Source: Gekko japonicus (Eukaryota). From it: a stretch of DNA of 64,000 nt. Shown one piece after another: positions 1-12,348 of the stretch. The stretch's first letter is position 1, and every line of letters starts with the position of its first letter. The stretch lies in contig NW_015163136.1 in assembly GCF_001447785.1 (NCBI RefSeq), positions 238,111 to 302,110 on the forward strand, given 5' to 3'. The translations under genes were made by a program, and so were the position numbers. The notes beneath the pieces are model-generated. The model had not been told where the DNA came from. It was given only the letters and a program-made list of their open reading frames with translations, and ran no database searches.

Positions 1-415
1 AGCCACTCCTCCCCCCCCGCCCCTTAGTCCGTGATTGGTGGAGGACCGAGAACCCATGAGGGGCGAGTTGGGCGAGAGCTACTGTCTCTCCCTCTCTCAC
101 CCAGGTATCGGTCACGCAAGCCAGGTCAGCTTGTTGATCAATTACGAAGTCCCGCAGGACTGCAGCTTTGTTGTTGATCGACCTGGCATTGCACAACACC
201 AATGACGGAGAGGGGTTCTCCGTAGCCCCACTGCCAGTCACCCTTGGGATGGGCCTTAGGCAGGAAGGGTGCCGAGCCATTCCATTTCTCCGCATCCTTC
301 CCTTAAAACCCCGCCTCGGCCCACCGCTATACTTTCCCCTCCCCAAGAGCACCGGAATCGAGTGACCAGGCATATTCAGCGCTGGGCGATCTCTGCCAAG
401 CTTCAGATCGCCCAT
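1..415 (-). mobile_element. L2-type LINE, N-terminus of the endonuclease-RT ORF (APE domain); runs off the window start
   Basis: Manual minus-strand translation from ATG at 415: MGDLKLGRDRPALNMPGHSIPVLLGRGKYSGG...SLVLCNARSINNKAAVLRDFVIDQQADLACVTDTWVREG...PHGFSVLHQSRTKGRGG/GVA. It carries the APE motifs NARS, CxTxTW and GRGGGV, with one extra G in the G-run. Absent from the ORF track because it has no stop inside the window. 416-~690 is probably its upstream region. Confidence 0.85.
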
Positions 416-764
416 TGCTTGTACGCTTGGGTACATAAACTAAAGTGAACACAATACACCCCACAGCAATAAACAAGCCCCTCCTCCCCTGCTATCTAAT
501 CATATAAAGTGTTACACAATATAAAAAATCTTGACCGAAGGTCAAACAGTGAACCTAGCCCCCCTAACTTGATCCCCTGCACACTACCACACTCACTCCA
601 CTTGCAACACTCATCCCTTCCTTATAGCAGACAATCCACAATCACTCTTCGTCATGGATTCCACACTCACACCATTATTGCTGCCACTATCTAAGCCTTC
701 CCTCTGCATCTGAGGGCTTCCCTCCTCTGAGGATGAGTACAAAAGAGCCAAACAGCAAGCTATT

Positions 765-1921
765 TTGGATAGGCTGGCCACTCTGGAGCAGGCTAAGGCA
801 GCTGCAGCTGCTGCTCCCCAGCAGGCAGCTTTTGGGTCTGACCGGAAAAAGGAGAGCTGGACTGAGAGAAAGAGGTTTAGGGAGGAGGTGCTTAAATGTC
901 TTTCTTTGACTGAATGCAGGCCTGCTGATGCTAGGCCTGATGCTGGGACTGATACCGGAGCAACTGGAGCAGCTGGTGTTGAAATAGAGGCAGCGCCGGG
1001 GGAAGTTTTGGAGGCAGAACAACCGGGTCCCAGGGGTTAGTCGGATCCTGCATTGCAGTTTAGTCTGATGTGGCCATGGGGACCTTGGGGTCAGGGAGCT
1101 GGCTCTGGGGTTCCGCCTGCCCCTCAGATGGACACTACAGAAAGCTCTGCTGACATTGGTCAACCATGGGCTTGGGGCCCTCCTTCTCCGGCTATGCAGT
1201 CCCCTTGGGGAGCAATTCCGGCTGGTACTTGGGGTAGTTTGGGTTGTACCCCCCCTTGGGTGAACCCTTATGATGCTGTGTCAGCATTGGCGATGCACTT
1301 TGGGGATACTGCCTTACCTTTAGGCAATCACCTTTTACCCACAACGTGGGAGAATATTTGTAAAGGTGACTACATTGACCTCTTTGGGATTTGATGGACA
1401 AAGAGGAGGTGGATGACAAGAATAAGGAAATCCTAAAGCGGAAGAAGGTTGAGCAGACGTGAACTAATTGGCTGGTAGGTTATTTAATTTATGCTGGCCT
1501 GTTATCCCGGTCTCAGCCATTGAAGTCCCCAGCATTGTTCCAGTATTTGGACATTATTTACAAAGCCTATACTGGCTTTCCGGGCCCAGCATGGATGCAA
1601 TATGATGAGTTCCGGATGAGGGCAGCCATGAATTCCATGCCTCCATGGGATAGAATGCATCCTCATCTTTGGCTCCAAATTATGTCCATGCCCAGTCAAA
1701 CTTCGGTTGAACGCTCGCATAGTGGGCACACAGTGCAGCGTTTGCAAGGAGCTATTGCTTCCCATGGTGCCACGGAGCAGGTGGTTCAACCCCACTTGCT
1801 CTGTTGGGAGTTTGGGTCCAGGGGGATCTGCAATAGAAAGACTTGCCTCTATAGACATGAGTGCCCGGTATGCGGGGGGTCCCCACTCATTCCTTATGTG
1901 TCCTTGAGGAAAGCCGCATAG
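765..1921 (+). pseudogene. gag-like ORF1 of YR element 1 (stops and frameshifts)
   Basis: PLGNHLLPTTWENICKGDYIDLF, LFQYLDIIYKAY, AWMQYDEFRMRAA, PWD and the Cys/His finger CWEFGSRGICNRKTCLYRHECPVCGG, as in vertebrate YR-retroelement ORF1. Confidence 0.8.
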
Positions 1922-1968
1922 GAGTCAGTGGCAGAGAGGAGGGAGGTAGTTCCTTCTCCTCTGCTGGT

Positions 1969-3363
1969 AAAGGGCCCCAGCCCAATAAACCTGAAGGCAC
2001 TTGAAGCCTGGCTGTGGAGGTACCCTAGGGATGAAGACAGAGTTTATTTGTTAGAGGGTTTCACTGTTGGTTTTCACATTCCTTTTTAAGGAATGAGGGC
2101 CCCGTTTATGGCCTCTAATCTTAAATCAGTTAAGGGCATGGAGTCGGTAGTGAGGAAAAAGATTGCAAAGGAATTGGAGAAGGACCGGGTTTGGGGCCCA
2201 TTTTCTTCCCCACCACTTTCTAATTTGAGAGTTTCACCTCTGGGGATTGTGCCTAAAAAGGCAGCTGGTGAATTTCGCTTAATTCACCACCTTTCGTATC
2301 CGCGAGGTGAATCAGTTAATGATGCCATTTTGGATTATCTGTGCCCAGTGAGGTACACCTCCTTTGACCAAGCAGTTTGTGTTGTACGGTGCTGTGGTCG
2401 AGGGGTGGAGTTGGTGAATTGCAATATTAAGTCTGCGTTTCGCCTCTTCCCCGTGCATCCAGATGATTTCAAGCTGTTGGGTTTCTCTTTTGATGGCCAG
2501 TTCTTCATGGATAGGGCTTTGCCCATGGGATGTTCTGTGTCATGCGCCGCATTTGAGTGCTTCAGTTCATTCCTGGAATGGGCCCTGCATGCTAAGACGT
2601 GCCTTCAGAATGTTGCACATTACTTAGATGATTTCCTTTTTGTTGGTCCTTGAGGAACAGGTAGATGCACTCAGCTCCTTGAGGGGTTTCAGAATTTGGC
2701 CACAGAGCTGCGGGTTCCTCTGGCCCATGAAAAGACTGAGGGTCCAGTGCAGAAGTTAGTTTTTCTGGGAGTGGAACTGGATACAGTGGCTCAGACATCC
2801 CGACTGCCCATGGAAAAAATTGTGGACCTTCGGGACTGCATTTGGGTATTTCTGACATGAAGGAAGGCCACCTTATGGGAAATTCAGCAGCTGGTGGGAC
2901 ATCTTAACTTTGCATGCAAAGTGGTTGCCCCTGGTAGGGCCTTTTTGTGCAGGCTATGTGATGCCATGGCAGGGCTTCGTCTGCCATGCCACAGAGTGCA
3001 TATTAACTGCGCAATGAGGGCTGACCTCATGGTTTGGCAGAATTTCTTGATTTCCTTTAATGGAGTCTCTTTTTGGCAGGAGGACTTAAAGCTAGAGGTG
3101 GAGCTGCAGGTCATGTCAGATGCCGCAGGGTCCCAGGGCTTTGGGGTTTATTTCCACGGACATTAGTGCACAGAGGAATGGCCTAAGGACTGGATTTCTG
3201 CCGGGTTTACTAGGGACCTGACATATTTGGAGTTCTTCCCCATTCTAGTGGCAGTTTGGCTATGGGAGAATGAGTTGGCAGATCACACAGTGCACTTCTG
3301 GTGTGATAATTTGGCGGTGGTCCCATAATCAATTCTTTCACATCTAAATCGCCCAGGGTGATC
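1969..3363 (+). pseudogene. Reverse transcriptase + RNase H of YR element 1 (in-frame stops)
   Basis: SPLGIVPKK..EFRLIHHLSYP, (D>N)IKSAFRLFP, ALPMGCS, YLDDFLF; GHLNFACKVVAPGRAFL; SDAAGSQGFG, LEFFPILVAVWLW, FWCDN. Cut after TSKSPRVI by the L1 insertion. Confidence 0.92.
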
Positions 3364-4447
3364 CAACCTTATTTTCACATTTCCAACACTCAGAGGTCAT
3401 TTCGGGGGGATCGCAGGGGAACGCAGTTCCCCCGGGTGAGGTGCAGGGGGCGGGGCACATGATGAAGCCCCGCCCCCTGCTTCCGGCCACCCTGCTTCCA
3501 GCCCTCATTCAGCCAGGAGGAGGCAGGAGAAGAGGGAGGGTAAGTTGCTTCCCCCCCGCCTCTCCCCACCCCTGCCTGCCTGGGGCCAGGGAGGGCCTTG
3601 GCAGGGCTTCCTCGCACTCCCGCTGGCCTTGCAGGTCCACCGCCGGGCCCCTGATGTCAGGGTGTGTGGCATATGCTAATGAGTTATGCTAATGAGTTCC
3701 CCTAGCTCTTTTTCTATGAAATGACCCCTGCCAACACTTATTCGAACATTTCGGGTCAATTTTAGCTAACCTTTCAGGTGTTACATGCCATCTATAAAAC
3801 ATTTTATATATGTTTTCTTTATACGGAATGGTATAAATAGTGGCATTGTGAAAGATCTAAGAAATATTGGGTAATGGTACATGAAATCTTGCAAAAGGTA
3901 CTAGGGACGGGAGTACAATATACACCAGAGACTTTGTTGTTGAATATTCTACCTGATAATTCTAACAAAGATGTTCGTTATTTGATTGTTTTTTTTAACT
4001 ACGGCTGCAAGAATTCTCTATTGGAAATTGCCAGAGATACCAACAAAACGAGAACTAGCAAATAAAATCCTGGAGGCTGCGGAATTGGGTAAATTGACTT
4101 TATTGATAAAAGGCGCAACAGATTCGACATTCCAGAATACTTGGTCACGATTTTATAATTGGTATGATAAATATATGTAAACAAACTTGCAAGAGAAAGA
4201 CTAAGAGTTTACTAAATGAAATATATACCTGTTAGGATGATAGAGACAGAAAAGTTGCTTACACAGTTCATGAGAAATTGTTATTAAGGTGGAATAGGCA
4301 CCAGTATAAATATTGGTAAAAATTGAAAATAACCTCCATGTATCTGTTTGTACTGTTTGTATGTATGTATATATATGTATATGTTATGGTTGTGTGTGTA
4401 TGTTATGTGGAAAATGTAATAAAACCCTGCCTCTTTGGGGGCAGTTA
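3362..4447 (+). mobile_element. 5'-truncated L1-clade LINE 3' end with a 5' inversion, inserted in the RNase H of YR element 1
   Basis: 3841-4180 (+) encodes the ORF2 C-terminus WHCERSKKYW..PETLLLNIL..TAARILYWK..W..FYNW (one frameshift), followed by a 3' UTR and AATAAA at 4418. 3362-3840 read on the minus strand (MITE removed) encodes the immediately preceding segment KENIYKMFYRWHVTPERLAKIDPKCSNKCWKCENKVG. The tail probably lies in the gap. Confidence 0.88.
3391..3730. mobile_element. hAT-like MITE
   Basis: Terminal inverted repeats CAGAGGTCATTT...AAATGACCCCTG; perfect 8-bp TSD CCAACACT (3383-3390, 3731-3738). Confidence 0.88.
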
Positions 4448-4655
4448 NNNNNNNNNNNNNNNNNNNNNNNNNNNNNNNNNNNNNNNNNNNNNNNNNNNNN
4501 NNNNNNNNNNNNNNNNNNNNNNNNNNNNNNNNNNNNNNNNNNNNNNNNNNNNNNNNNNNNNNNNNNNNNNNNNNNNNNNNNNNNNNNNNNNNNNNNNNNN
4601 NNNNNNNNNNNNNNNNNNNNNNNNNNNNNNNNNNNNNNNNNNNNNNNNNNNNNNN

Positions 4656-5000
4656 ATTCCGCTGGAGCAGCTGATCCATTATTCTGTTTCCTTGAAGGAG
4701 GCAGGTTTGGCTGTTAGCTCCATATGGGGATGTCTTTCTGCCCTTGCATTTGCTAGCAAGGCTCTAGATTTTTCGGAAGTCACTGGTGACTTTCATATTA
4801 GAAAGATGTTAGAGGGTTGGACACGGGAAAAGGGGGCTTTGAAGGACCAGAGGCGTCCTATTTCACCGGCAGTGCTTAAAGGGTTGCAAGCAAGCTGGTC
4901 CAGAGGTTGCAATCCCGATTATGAGGCCTGCCTTTTCCATGCGTCTTCACTGCTGGCATTCTTTGGAGCACTTAGAGTAAGCGAACTGGTAGCACTGCCT
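4656..5000 (+). pseudogene. Tyrosine recombinase N-terminal half of YR element 1 (C-terminal half deleted)
   Basis: IRKMLEGW, DQRRPIS, LFHASSLLAFFGALRVSEL (first catalytic Arg box). The sequence then jumps into the middle of the SGNH ORF. Confidence 0.85.
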
Positions 5001-5002
5001 TA

Positions 5003-5384
5003 CCGTCACATGTTTTGGTCATTCATCTGGGAGGTAATGACTTGGGGTTCCTGAAGGGGAAGGCCCTAGTTGCAAGCCTGGGATGTCCTGAGATTCATTC
5101 AGCACCAGTGGCCAGACACAGTAATTGTGGGGTTGTCCATGATTCCATGCCTAGTATGGCGTAGCGCTTGGGATGCTAAGGGGATTGAGAGAGCTCGGCG
5201 TAAGGCCAATGGGGAGCTCCAAAATATTTTAAAGGTTGGGATGGGCCACTACTTGCCTCACCCCCAGATTCAGCTTGATTGCCCAGACCTGTACAGGGGT
5301 GATGGTGTTCACCTTTCCAAGAAAGGAAACAACATTTTCCTTCAGGATTTGCGGCAAGGGCTTAGGCTAGTTCTAGGTATTTGA
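5003..5384 (+). pseudogene. SGNH/GDSL hydrolase ORF of YR element 1 (N-terminus deleted, frameshifted)
   Basis: VLVIHLGGNDLG (block III) from ~5012 and LYRGDGVHLS (block V, DxxH) at ~5290-5318. Confidence 0.85.
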
Positions 5385-7284
5385 GTGGGCGCAGGGGCCT
5401 AAGCAGAGGCTTGGCCCTTGCAGTGGCAGAATTAGGTTTAGATAAAGTTCATGCGGCTACGTAAGCACCAATCAATAACCCCGTGGAGGGGTATAGGGGT
5501 CTGCAGGATCAACCCTGTGTCCGTACGGCCAGGGATGAGGCTTGCAGACTGCCTTTGGGGGTGGCCACAATGGACCCTCTGTGCTGGCCGTGCAGTGGTG
5601 TTGGAGGGATCCTCAAGGCACATCCCCATCGCTGGGCTCAGCTGGGTTTGTAAGTGACTTACTGTTGGCTCCAACCCGGGGCCTTGGTGTCTTGCCTGTT
5701 ATACGGTAAGGATGGGGTCAAAGGGACACCAGGCCGTGGCCATGCCGCTGTTTATGTTTGCCCTTGCCGTTACTTGCCATGTTAATTAAAGTTACTTGCC
5801 GTGTTAAATAAAGTGGCCTTCGTTTCATCCAACCTTGGTTGTCTGACTCTTTCTTCCATCGGGGGGGGGGCAAATGCATCCTATTCATTGTAGTCCTAAT
5901 ATTTATGCATTTCAGACAGGTCAGCTTTTGTCTCTGACACTGTGCTCCTTGGGATGTACACTGGCATGAATGAACATCAGGTTTGGGGTATTGTGTCATA
6001 AAATGATACACAGTTTCAATAAAACTGACAGTGCAGCCAGTATGATGATGCTGTCTGAGAGCAAAATTTATACCCATGATGGGGCTTGCAAATGTATTAC
6101 TTGTCAGATTTGTCAATATGGGGATTAGAGAAGGAAGGAAAACATTAGTCTGCTCAAAGGCAAAAAAATCCCCTTTGATTGCAAATTTGACATATTCCTT
6201 AAAATTTTACATGAGCCATTGTAAACTTGGATTTTTTTTAGACAACAGCCAGGAATTAGTGTTCTTGAATACTTATTCTCAAAATATGTACCTTGAATAC
6301 TTATTCTCAAAATATGTACTTCTTAATGCTACATCATATATGTGGCTATAGTGAAACTCAAGAACATTTTTTTAAAAAAGGAAAACAGAATTATAAGAAT
6401 TGTAAGAAATTGGAATCGTTGCTATTTTTTTACAGCTTTCTTTAGCATATTGCCTAATTTATTCTGGAATCAGTAGTCATGGTGCTGGCAAGGAGGTATG
6501 CAGGGCATAGAAGTCTGAACCTAACCACTGGAACTGTTATCCCATCCATGACTCTCTGGCTACTGAGATTTCACCATGCATTGAGTATATTCTTTCAAGC
6601 ATATCATCAAAGCCATAACAGCTAGTTTCTTGGTCTTATTTTCAAGAAGCTCCATTTTATACCCTATATTACATTCAGTGTGGTTTTTGTTTATTTGTTT
6701 TTGCTTCTGTAGAAACCCAGCAAACTCACAGTTCTGATCTGATTACTGTTTCCTCATCTGACTGGCTGACAAACTCTTCACAGTCTTGAAGAAAAGGGGG
6801 AGTGGAAGTTCCAGAAATATTTTCACAGTCCTTCCCAAAATTCATTTTTCTCAGAACTGGAATGGGGGGTCAAAAGGGTAATAAATATCCACATATCTAT
6901 TGTCCAGGAAATCAGGCTAAGACACACTACAGTTGCCTCAGGAACAGAGATATTCCATTATATCATTACACTAGCCCTTTTCACATGCTGCAGTAAACAC
7001 TCATACATACAAACACACACATATATTCTGCCTATACATGTGTATCATTGTGAGAAAGAGCCACATGTGTTCACGTTATCAGTGAAACTGGGGACTAGTT
7101 AGGATCTTCCAGAATTACAATTGACCTCCAGATGACAGAGATCAGTTGCCTTGGAGAAAATGGATGCCTTGGAGACTCTATGGCATTATACCCTGCTGAA
7201 GTTCTCCCCCTCCCCAAATCCACCCTCCCTAGGCCTCGCCCTTCCAGGTTCACTCGTGGCTTGCAAAACACATTTGAAGGGACC

Positions 7285-8070
7285 ATCCCTCTAAGTTGTG
7301 TGCAGATTGGCTGGGGGGGGGAGATCCAAGGGTCAGTCCAATGTTCAAAAGTGGAGGGAGTGTGTTGACCACCCCCCTGCAATCTAGAGGCAGCAGACTG
7401 GCAGCAGACCTCCCCAGGATGCCCCTCTATTCACCCTCCAAGTTGTGTGAAGATTGACTGGGGGGGAAAACCTAGGTCCAATGTGCAAAAGGGGAAGGAG
7501 TATGTCGAATGCCCCCCCACAAGCAATTTGATGTTAAGATAGGCAGACTCTAAGCTGGAGAACCGAGTTTGATTCCCCACTTCTCCACATGCAGCCAGCT
7601 GGGTGGCCTTGGGACAGTCACAGTTCTCTCAGAGCTGTTCTCTCAAGACCAGTAGTCTTAGAGCTCTCTAAACCCCACCTAACTCACAGGGTGTTTGTTA
7701 TGGGGAGACGGAAGGAGATTTTAAGCCACACTGAGACTCCGAGTGAAGGGTGGGGTATAAATTCAACTCTTCTTCTTTCTTCAACCTAGAGGCATCAAAC
7801 TGGCAGTGGACCCCCCAAAGATACCCCTCTATCTGCTGCCCTCCAAGTTGTGTGCAGATGGGCTCAAGGGGGGGGGGGAGATCCTAGGATCCAAATGCAA
7901 AAGGGGAGGGAGTGTGTCAAATGCCCCCTGTAAGTTAAAGGCATCAAGCTGGTGGTGGACTTTCCCAGGATTCCCCTCTATTCACCCTCCAAGTTGTGTG
8001 CATATTGGCTTGGGGGGAGGTTCTAGGGTCTAATGTGCAAAAGGGGAGGGAGTGTGTCAAATGGCACCCC
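7285..8070. repeat. Diverged tandem array of ~145-bp units (four copies), interrupted by a SINE
   Basis: Recurring CCCTCCAAGTTGTGTGCAGATTGG..GGGGG..AATGTGCAAAAGGGGAGGGAGTGTG near 7287, 7434, 7840 and 7985. Confidence 0.7.
7523..7782 (+). mobile_element. tRNA-derived SINE (Squam3-like)
   Basis: GGAGAACCGAGTTTGATTCCCCAC head, CACAGGGTGTTTGTT..GAGACTCC..GTGAAGGGTGGGGTATAAA body, (CTT)n tail; similar to the copies at 11417 and 26383. Confidence 0.75.
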
Positions 8071-9085
8071 TGCAGCAGGGCAGGAGAAGCCTAACACAGT
8101 TAAAGAGACCATCCCTTTAAATGCCAAGCCAAAAAAAATGTGGCAATCCCAATTATTTCCCAAATCCCATTATCATACCGATATTGGGATTTGGGAATAT
8201 TAGGAAATACCGATATTTTTTGGGTTTAATACACCTGAACCTAAAAAATACTTTGTGTGTGCATGTGCCTGATTCATCTTGGGGAAAGAGAAGAATGGAC
8301 AAGAAAATGACATGGTGTAGAAGCAAAAGGGGAAACCATGGGCAAAAATAATTGCGAACAATAGTTTAGAACCTAAGAGCATGTATCCAACCAAAAATAT
8401 TTGCTGATAGAAGGATTATCATCAGTGGAAGATAACTTCTTCACCTTCCGTATCACACTACATAGTGCTGATATTTTATTCCTGTGGAACATGGGGTCCT
8501 CTGGAACAGAATGGAGGTTAAGTCTGCCACACAAAAGGGAATCAGTGACCCCCTCCCAATATGCAAAAAATAGTAGGTGGGATCCCACCATGAGTTTAGG
8601 GAGGGGGTGAGGATTTTTGACTGCCCCCCAAACTCTTTTTTTACTCAAATATTTTCAGTGCAGCACCATCCTGAGACTTATACTTCATTAATCACCTGAC
8701 ATTTGTTTTGTTCTCTCCAGTTCCAAGTACTGTAGCAGAAGATTAAACTAAAGCTATGTGCTACAGTCTTCATCTATGTCTGTGGTTTGCGCAAAATAAA
8801 TGGATGGTTTGATAGATGAAAGAATAAAAAGGAGCCAGAAAGATGGAACACTACTTGAAATGGCACGGTGATAATGAGTGCTGAATGTTGTTAGACGATG
8901 CCAGTCATCTAGCCATCTGTTGAAGACTGACAAAAGAACAAACAAGGTTAAACAGAACAAAGCTCTTGGAGAATAAATGGTTCACTCAATTCTAATTCTG
9001 AAAGGCTTTTTTTTCACAAAAAAAAAGCCTGTCATGCAGACTTTTGCAAATCCTATGGATCCAGCTAACTCTTACATGATAGAAC

Positions 9086-9225
9086 AGATTGGAGTCCAAT
9101 AGCACCTTAGAGACCAACAAGATTTGGGGGTATGAGCTTTTAAGAGTCAAAGCTCCCTTCATCAAATATGCCCCCCCCCATACCCAATTGGTCTCTAAGG
9201 TTCTACTGGACTCAAATCTAGCTAT
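9086..9225. mobile_element. Penelope-like element end remnant (short inverted arrangement)
   Basis: GAGTCCAATAGCACCTTAGAGACCAA ... TTGGTCTCTAAGGTTCTACTGGACTC inverted pair around GAGCTTT..CTTCATCA. Related pieces at ~19090-19150, ~19655-19770 and 46257-46410. Confidence 0.55.
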
Positions 9226-11416
9226 TCTACTGGTGACTGAAAATATCTTAGATGATACCCTCCAAGTATATCCTACTCCAGGTATATCAAATTGAATAAT
9301 GATTAAACCTTTTTGAAGAATTAAAAAAAAAAGATATACAAGTAATTATTTGATGAGAAATCTTTCTATGACAAACTTCATTTTAAAAAATAAGCCAGAA
9401 CCACAGGCTTCTAAGGACTGCAAACTGGAAGGGGAAAGTGTTATCTACATGGAACTATTTTGTGTTGTAACAGAAATGATTGTATAATGTCCTTTGCAGT
9501 TTTCTTTTATAGGCTGATTCCAAATAGCTACGTTTTATTCTTTTAACAGCTGTCCTCAAAAGAAGAAAACAATTGGTTTTACTATATTATAAATATGTTT
9601 TATTGTAATATAAATTAAATGTTTGAAAAGGAATCTAGCTTTTCTTTCCTTTGCATAAACTAGATTGCAAGCCTTCAAGTGGGAACCATATCTATATATC
9701 TATTTTTGAAGCCAAAGCTAGCTTCAGATAATCTATTAAGGCACATACTGTGGTTATACAGCGATAAACGAAACAACCAATTAAAGTTCAGAGGACATTG
9801 ATTTGCAGGAGAAAAAATAGTTTTGGCTATTTGCAGCCAAATCAGACTTGAGAAAAGAAAGGAAATAAACCCCTAAGGTAAACACATGCTATAGTCTTTG
9901 AAATCTCAGTAGCTACTAGCTATAAGAGCTTCAGTATATTGAAATGAGCTGTCTCTAGCCATTTACTCAGCTGCTAAAATGTGGAATGTTTTAACTGCTT
10001 GGAAGTTAAAAATCTAGTCCACAAGGAGCTGCTTGTGGGAACATGTGCAGATATGGAATGTGTGCTGTCACAATGATAATCAGTTGCTACACTGATTGTT
10101 GTCTATAGCAGGTGTAATGGCAGCACTGAATGGTGTGGTGGAGAGTATAAATGGGGTTTGTCTAAGAAAATGGAGGCAGAATGGAAGTATTTCAAATAAG
10201 CAAACTAAAAAAAAACTTTAAAAACCCATCTCTATATATGTTTGTTTGTTTGCCAAGTCTCTTCTTACATTTTAGATCTGTAGGGTATGTTTATAAAATC
10301 CAAGTCTTTGAATGCCTGGGCAAAACAGCAAAACAATACCTAGCTATTATATTACAAGAAAAATTTTCAATTTTATATAATGACCTAGGGATGTACATTC
10401 AGATATTTCAGACATATCTAGTCCAAATATATATCTGAAAAATACCTTACCAGTATTTTCTGAATCCAGTTGGGTCTCTAAATGGTATCTGGGATTTTCT
10501 GGGATCCCAGGAAATGGGTCCCCCAAATCCTGGAAATATTTGGAAGTAACCAAGAATATTGGAAGCCAGTGTTTCAAGGCTCTTGAATTTTGTCAGTGTC
10601 TTCTTGCCAGGGCTTTGTACCAGCTTGCCAGGTTTATTTAGCCTCGATTATGTATTTTGAAATTAGTTTTATGGGTCTTGTGTCATACATTTACAATTGA
10701 ACATAGAAATCCACATTCACAGGTAGAATATATGAAAGGGGGCATGGCTCAGAGGGAGAGCATTTGTTTAGCTACCTGATAATCTCATGTTCAAGCCTTG
10801 GTATTTCCAGTTCAAAAAAAACAGGCAGTAAATGATATAAAAGACTGAGATCCTGAACAGCTGCTGCTAGAGTAGACTGTACTGACTTTGATAGACCAAT
10901 ATTCTGATTCAGTATAAGGCAGTTTCATGTGTTTGTTTGTGAATATATTTGAACTATGGCTGTGCATAGATTTTCAGAGCTTCAGGTTAAACCTAATTCA
11001 AAATTATTTCACACATTATGGTTGCCGCAGGAAGGCTGCTGAAAATGCCCATATCTAGCCATTACATTACAAGCTATTATTATATCATAGGACATCATCC
11101 TTTTGTGAATAACTCTATTCCTGGCTTTGGCAAACAGTAATGTCACAACATGTAGCCAAAGCTTGTCAATGTGATGGCTGGATGTATAATTTTCAAAATT
11201 ACAATATCTGATTATTTGTTATGTCTTACTCTGTTTACTAGCTTCTTTGGTTTTGACCCCCCCCCCTTCCCTAATAATTCTTAACACAGAATTAGCTTTT
11301 TAGTTGCTACTGGATCAACATTTTTAAGGTAGCCTCAAACTTAGTAAATCATGCAATATTTGGATTGCATTTTTGCTACATAGCTAGGGATGCTGAGAAA
11401 TGTGATGCAAGTATTG

Positions 11417-11711
11417 TCAGTTTGGTGTAGTGGTTAAGTGTACGGACATCAGTCTGGGAGAACCAGGTTTGATTCCCCACTCCTCCACTTGCAACTACTG
11501 GATGACCTTGGGCAAGCCATAGTTCTGTCAGAGCTGTCCTTGAAAGAGCAGTTCTTTCAGAGCTCTCTCAGACTCAGCCCCACCTACCTCACATGATGTC
11601 TATTGTGGGGAGTGGGAGGGGAAGGGGTTTGTTAGCTGCTCTGAGACTCCGAGTGAAGGGTGGGGTATAAAGCCAGTCTCCTCCTCCTCCTCCTCCTCCT
11701 CTTCTTCTTCT
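11417..11711 (+). mobile_element. tRNA-derived SINE (Squam3-like) with (CCT/CTT)n tail
   Basis: A box TGGTGTAGTGG, B-box-like GGTTTGATTCCC, conserved body, simple-repeat tail 11678-11711. Confidence 0.8.
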
Positions 11712-12035
11712 GTCAAAATTACTGTGACTCTACTCCTCATTAACACACAATTTAAGCCCCCTTGCTGGATTCCTTTGGTGTAGTATGAAGTTTGGCTTGA
11801 AGCCATTCTGAGCAGCTTTGCAATAGCTGTTCATACTACAAGTTCATTTCTAGGCTATGCCTTGCCGGAAAAGTTAATTCACATGTTGTAGCTTGTAGAT
11901 GCTTTTGCACTTTCAGTGCAGGTACTGTATGCCAATAATGGTACCACTTGGGGGGGGGGTACACATTTTTATTAGTCAACAGGTTTGAAAAGAAACTATG
12001 ATTCCCAAGGCATAGTACAGAAAGTTTATGCATGA

Positions 12036-12182
12036 ACACTTGGGGCTCTTTAGCTTGGAGAAATGACAGCTGAGGGGTGACATGATCAATGTTTATAAGA
12101 TTATGCAAGAGATAGAGCAGGTACAGAAAGAATTACTTTTCTCCCTTTCTCACAATACAAGAACTCGTGGGCACTCAATGAA
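12036..12182 (+). mobile_element. CR1 LINE ORF2 3' fragment
   Basis: Translates LGLFSLEK*QLRGDMINVYKIMQEIE...TRTRGHSMK, matching the CR1 C-terminal motif LGLFSLEKRRLRGD. Confidence 0.8.
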
Positions 12183-12348
12183 AGCTGGGGATGTGAACCT
12201 GGGTTTTGCAGACCCTACTTTGAAGCTCTAACTGCTGCACCTCACTGGCTTTCATAGGGTGGCTGCTGATGAACTGTAGCAAGCAGCCGGGCCTTGTCAA
12301 GTCATGCAGATCAGGGGGGACCTGGAAACACTAGACTGCTGCCAGGCC

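Larger units (their letters stand above)
700..5874 (+). mobile_element. Ngaro-type (DIRS order) tyrosine-recombinase retrotransposon copy 1, degenerate; 5' boundary approximate
   Basis: Ordered gag-like, RT, RNase H, YR and SGNH remnants, then a 3' region with AATAAA (~5806) ending GGGGGGGGGGCAAA. Interrupted by an L1 insertion (3362-4447) and a gap. Confidence 0.9.

Noticed and set aside
6266-6319. 27-bp direct tandem duplication
   Set aside because: Real, but an ordinary slippage-type duplication in unique DNA.
7285-8070. Regularly spaced repeats as a CRISPR-like array
   Set aside because: Whole units are homologous with no unique spacers, no cas genes are present, and the context is eukaryotic.
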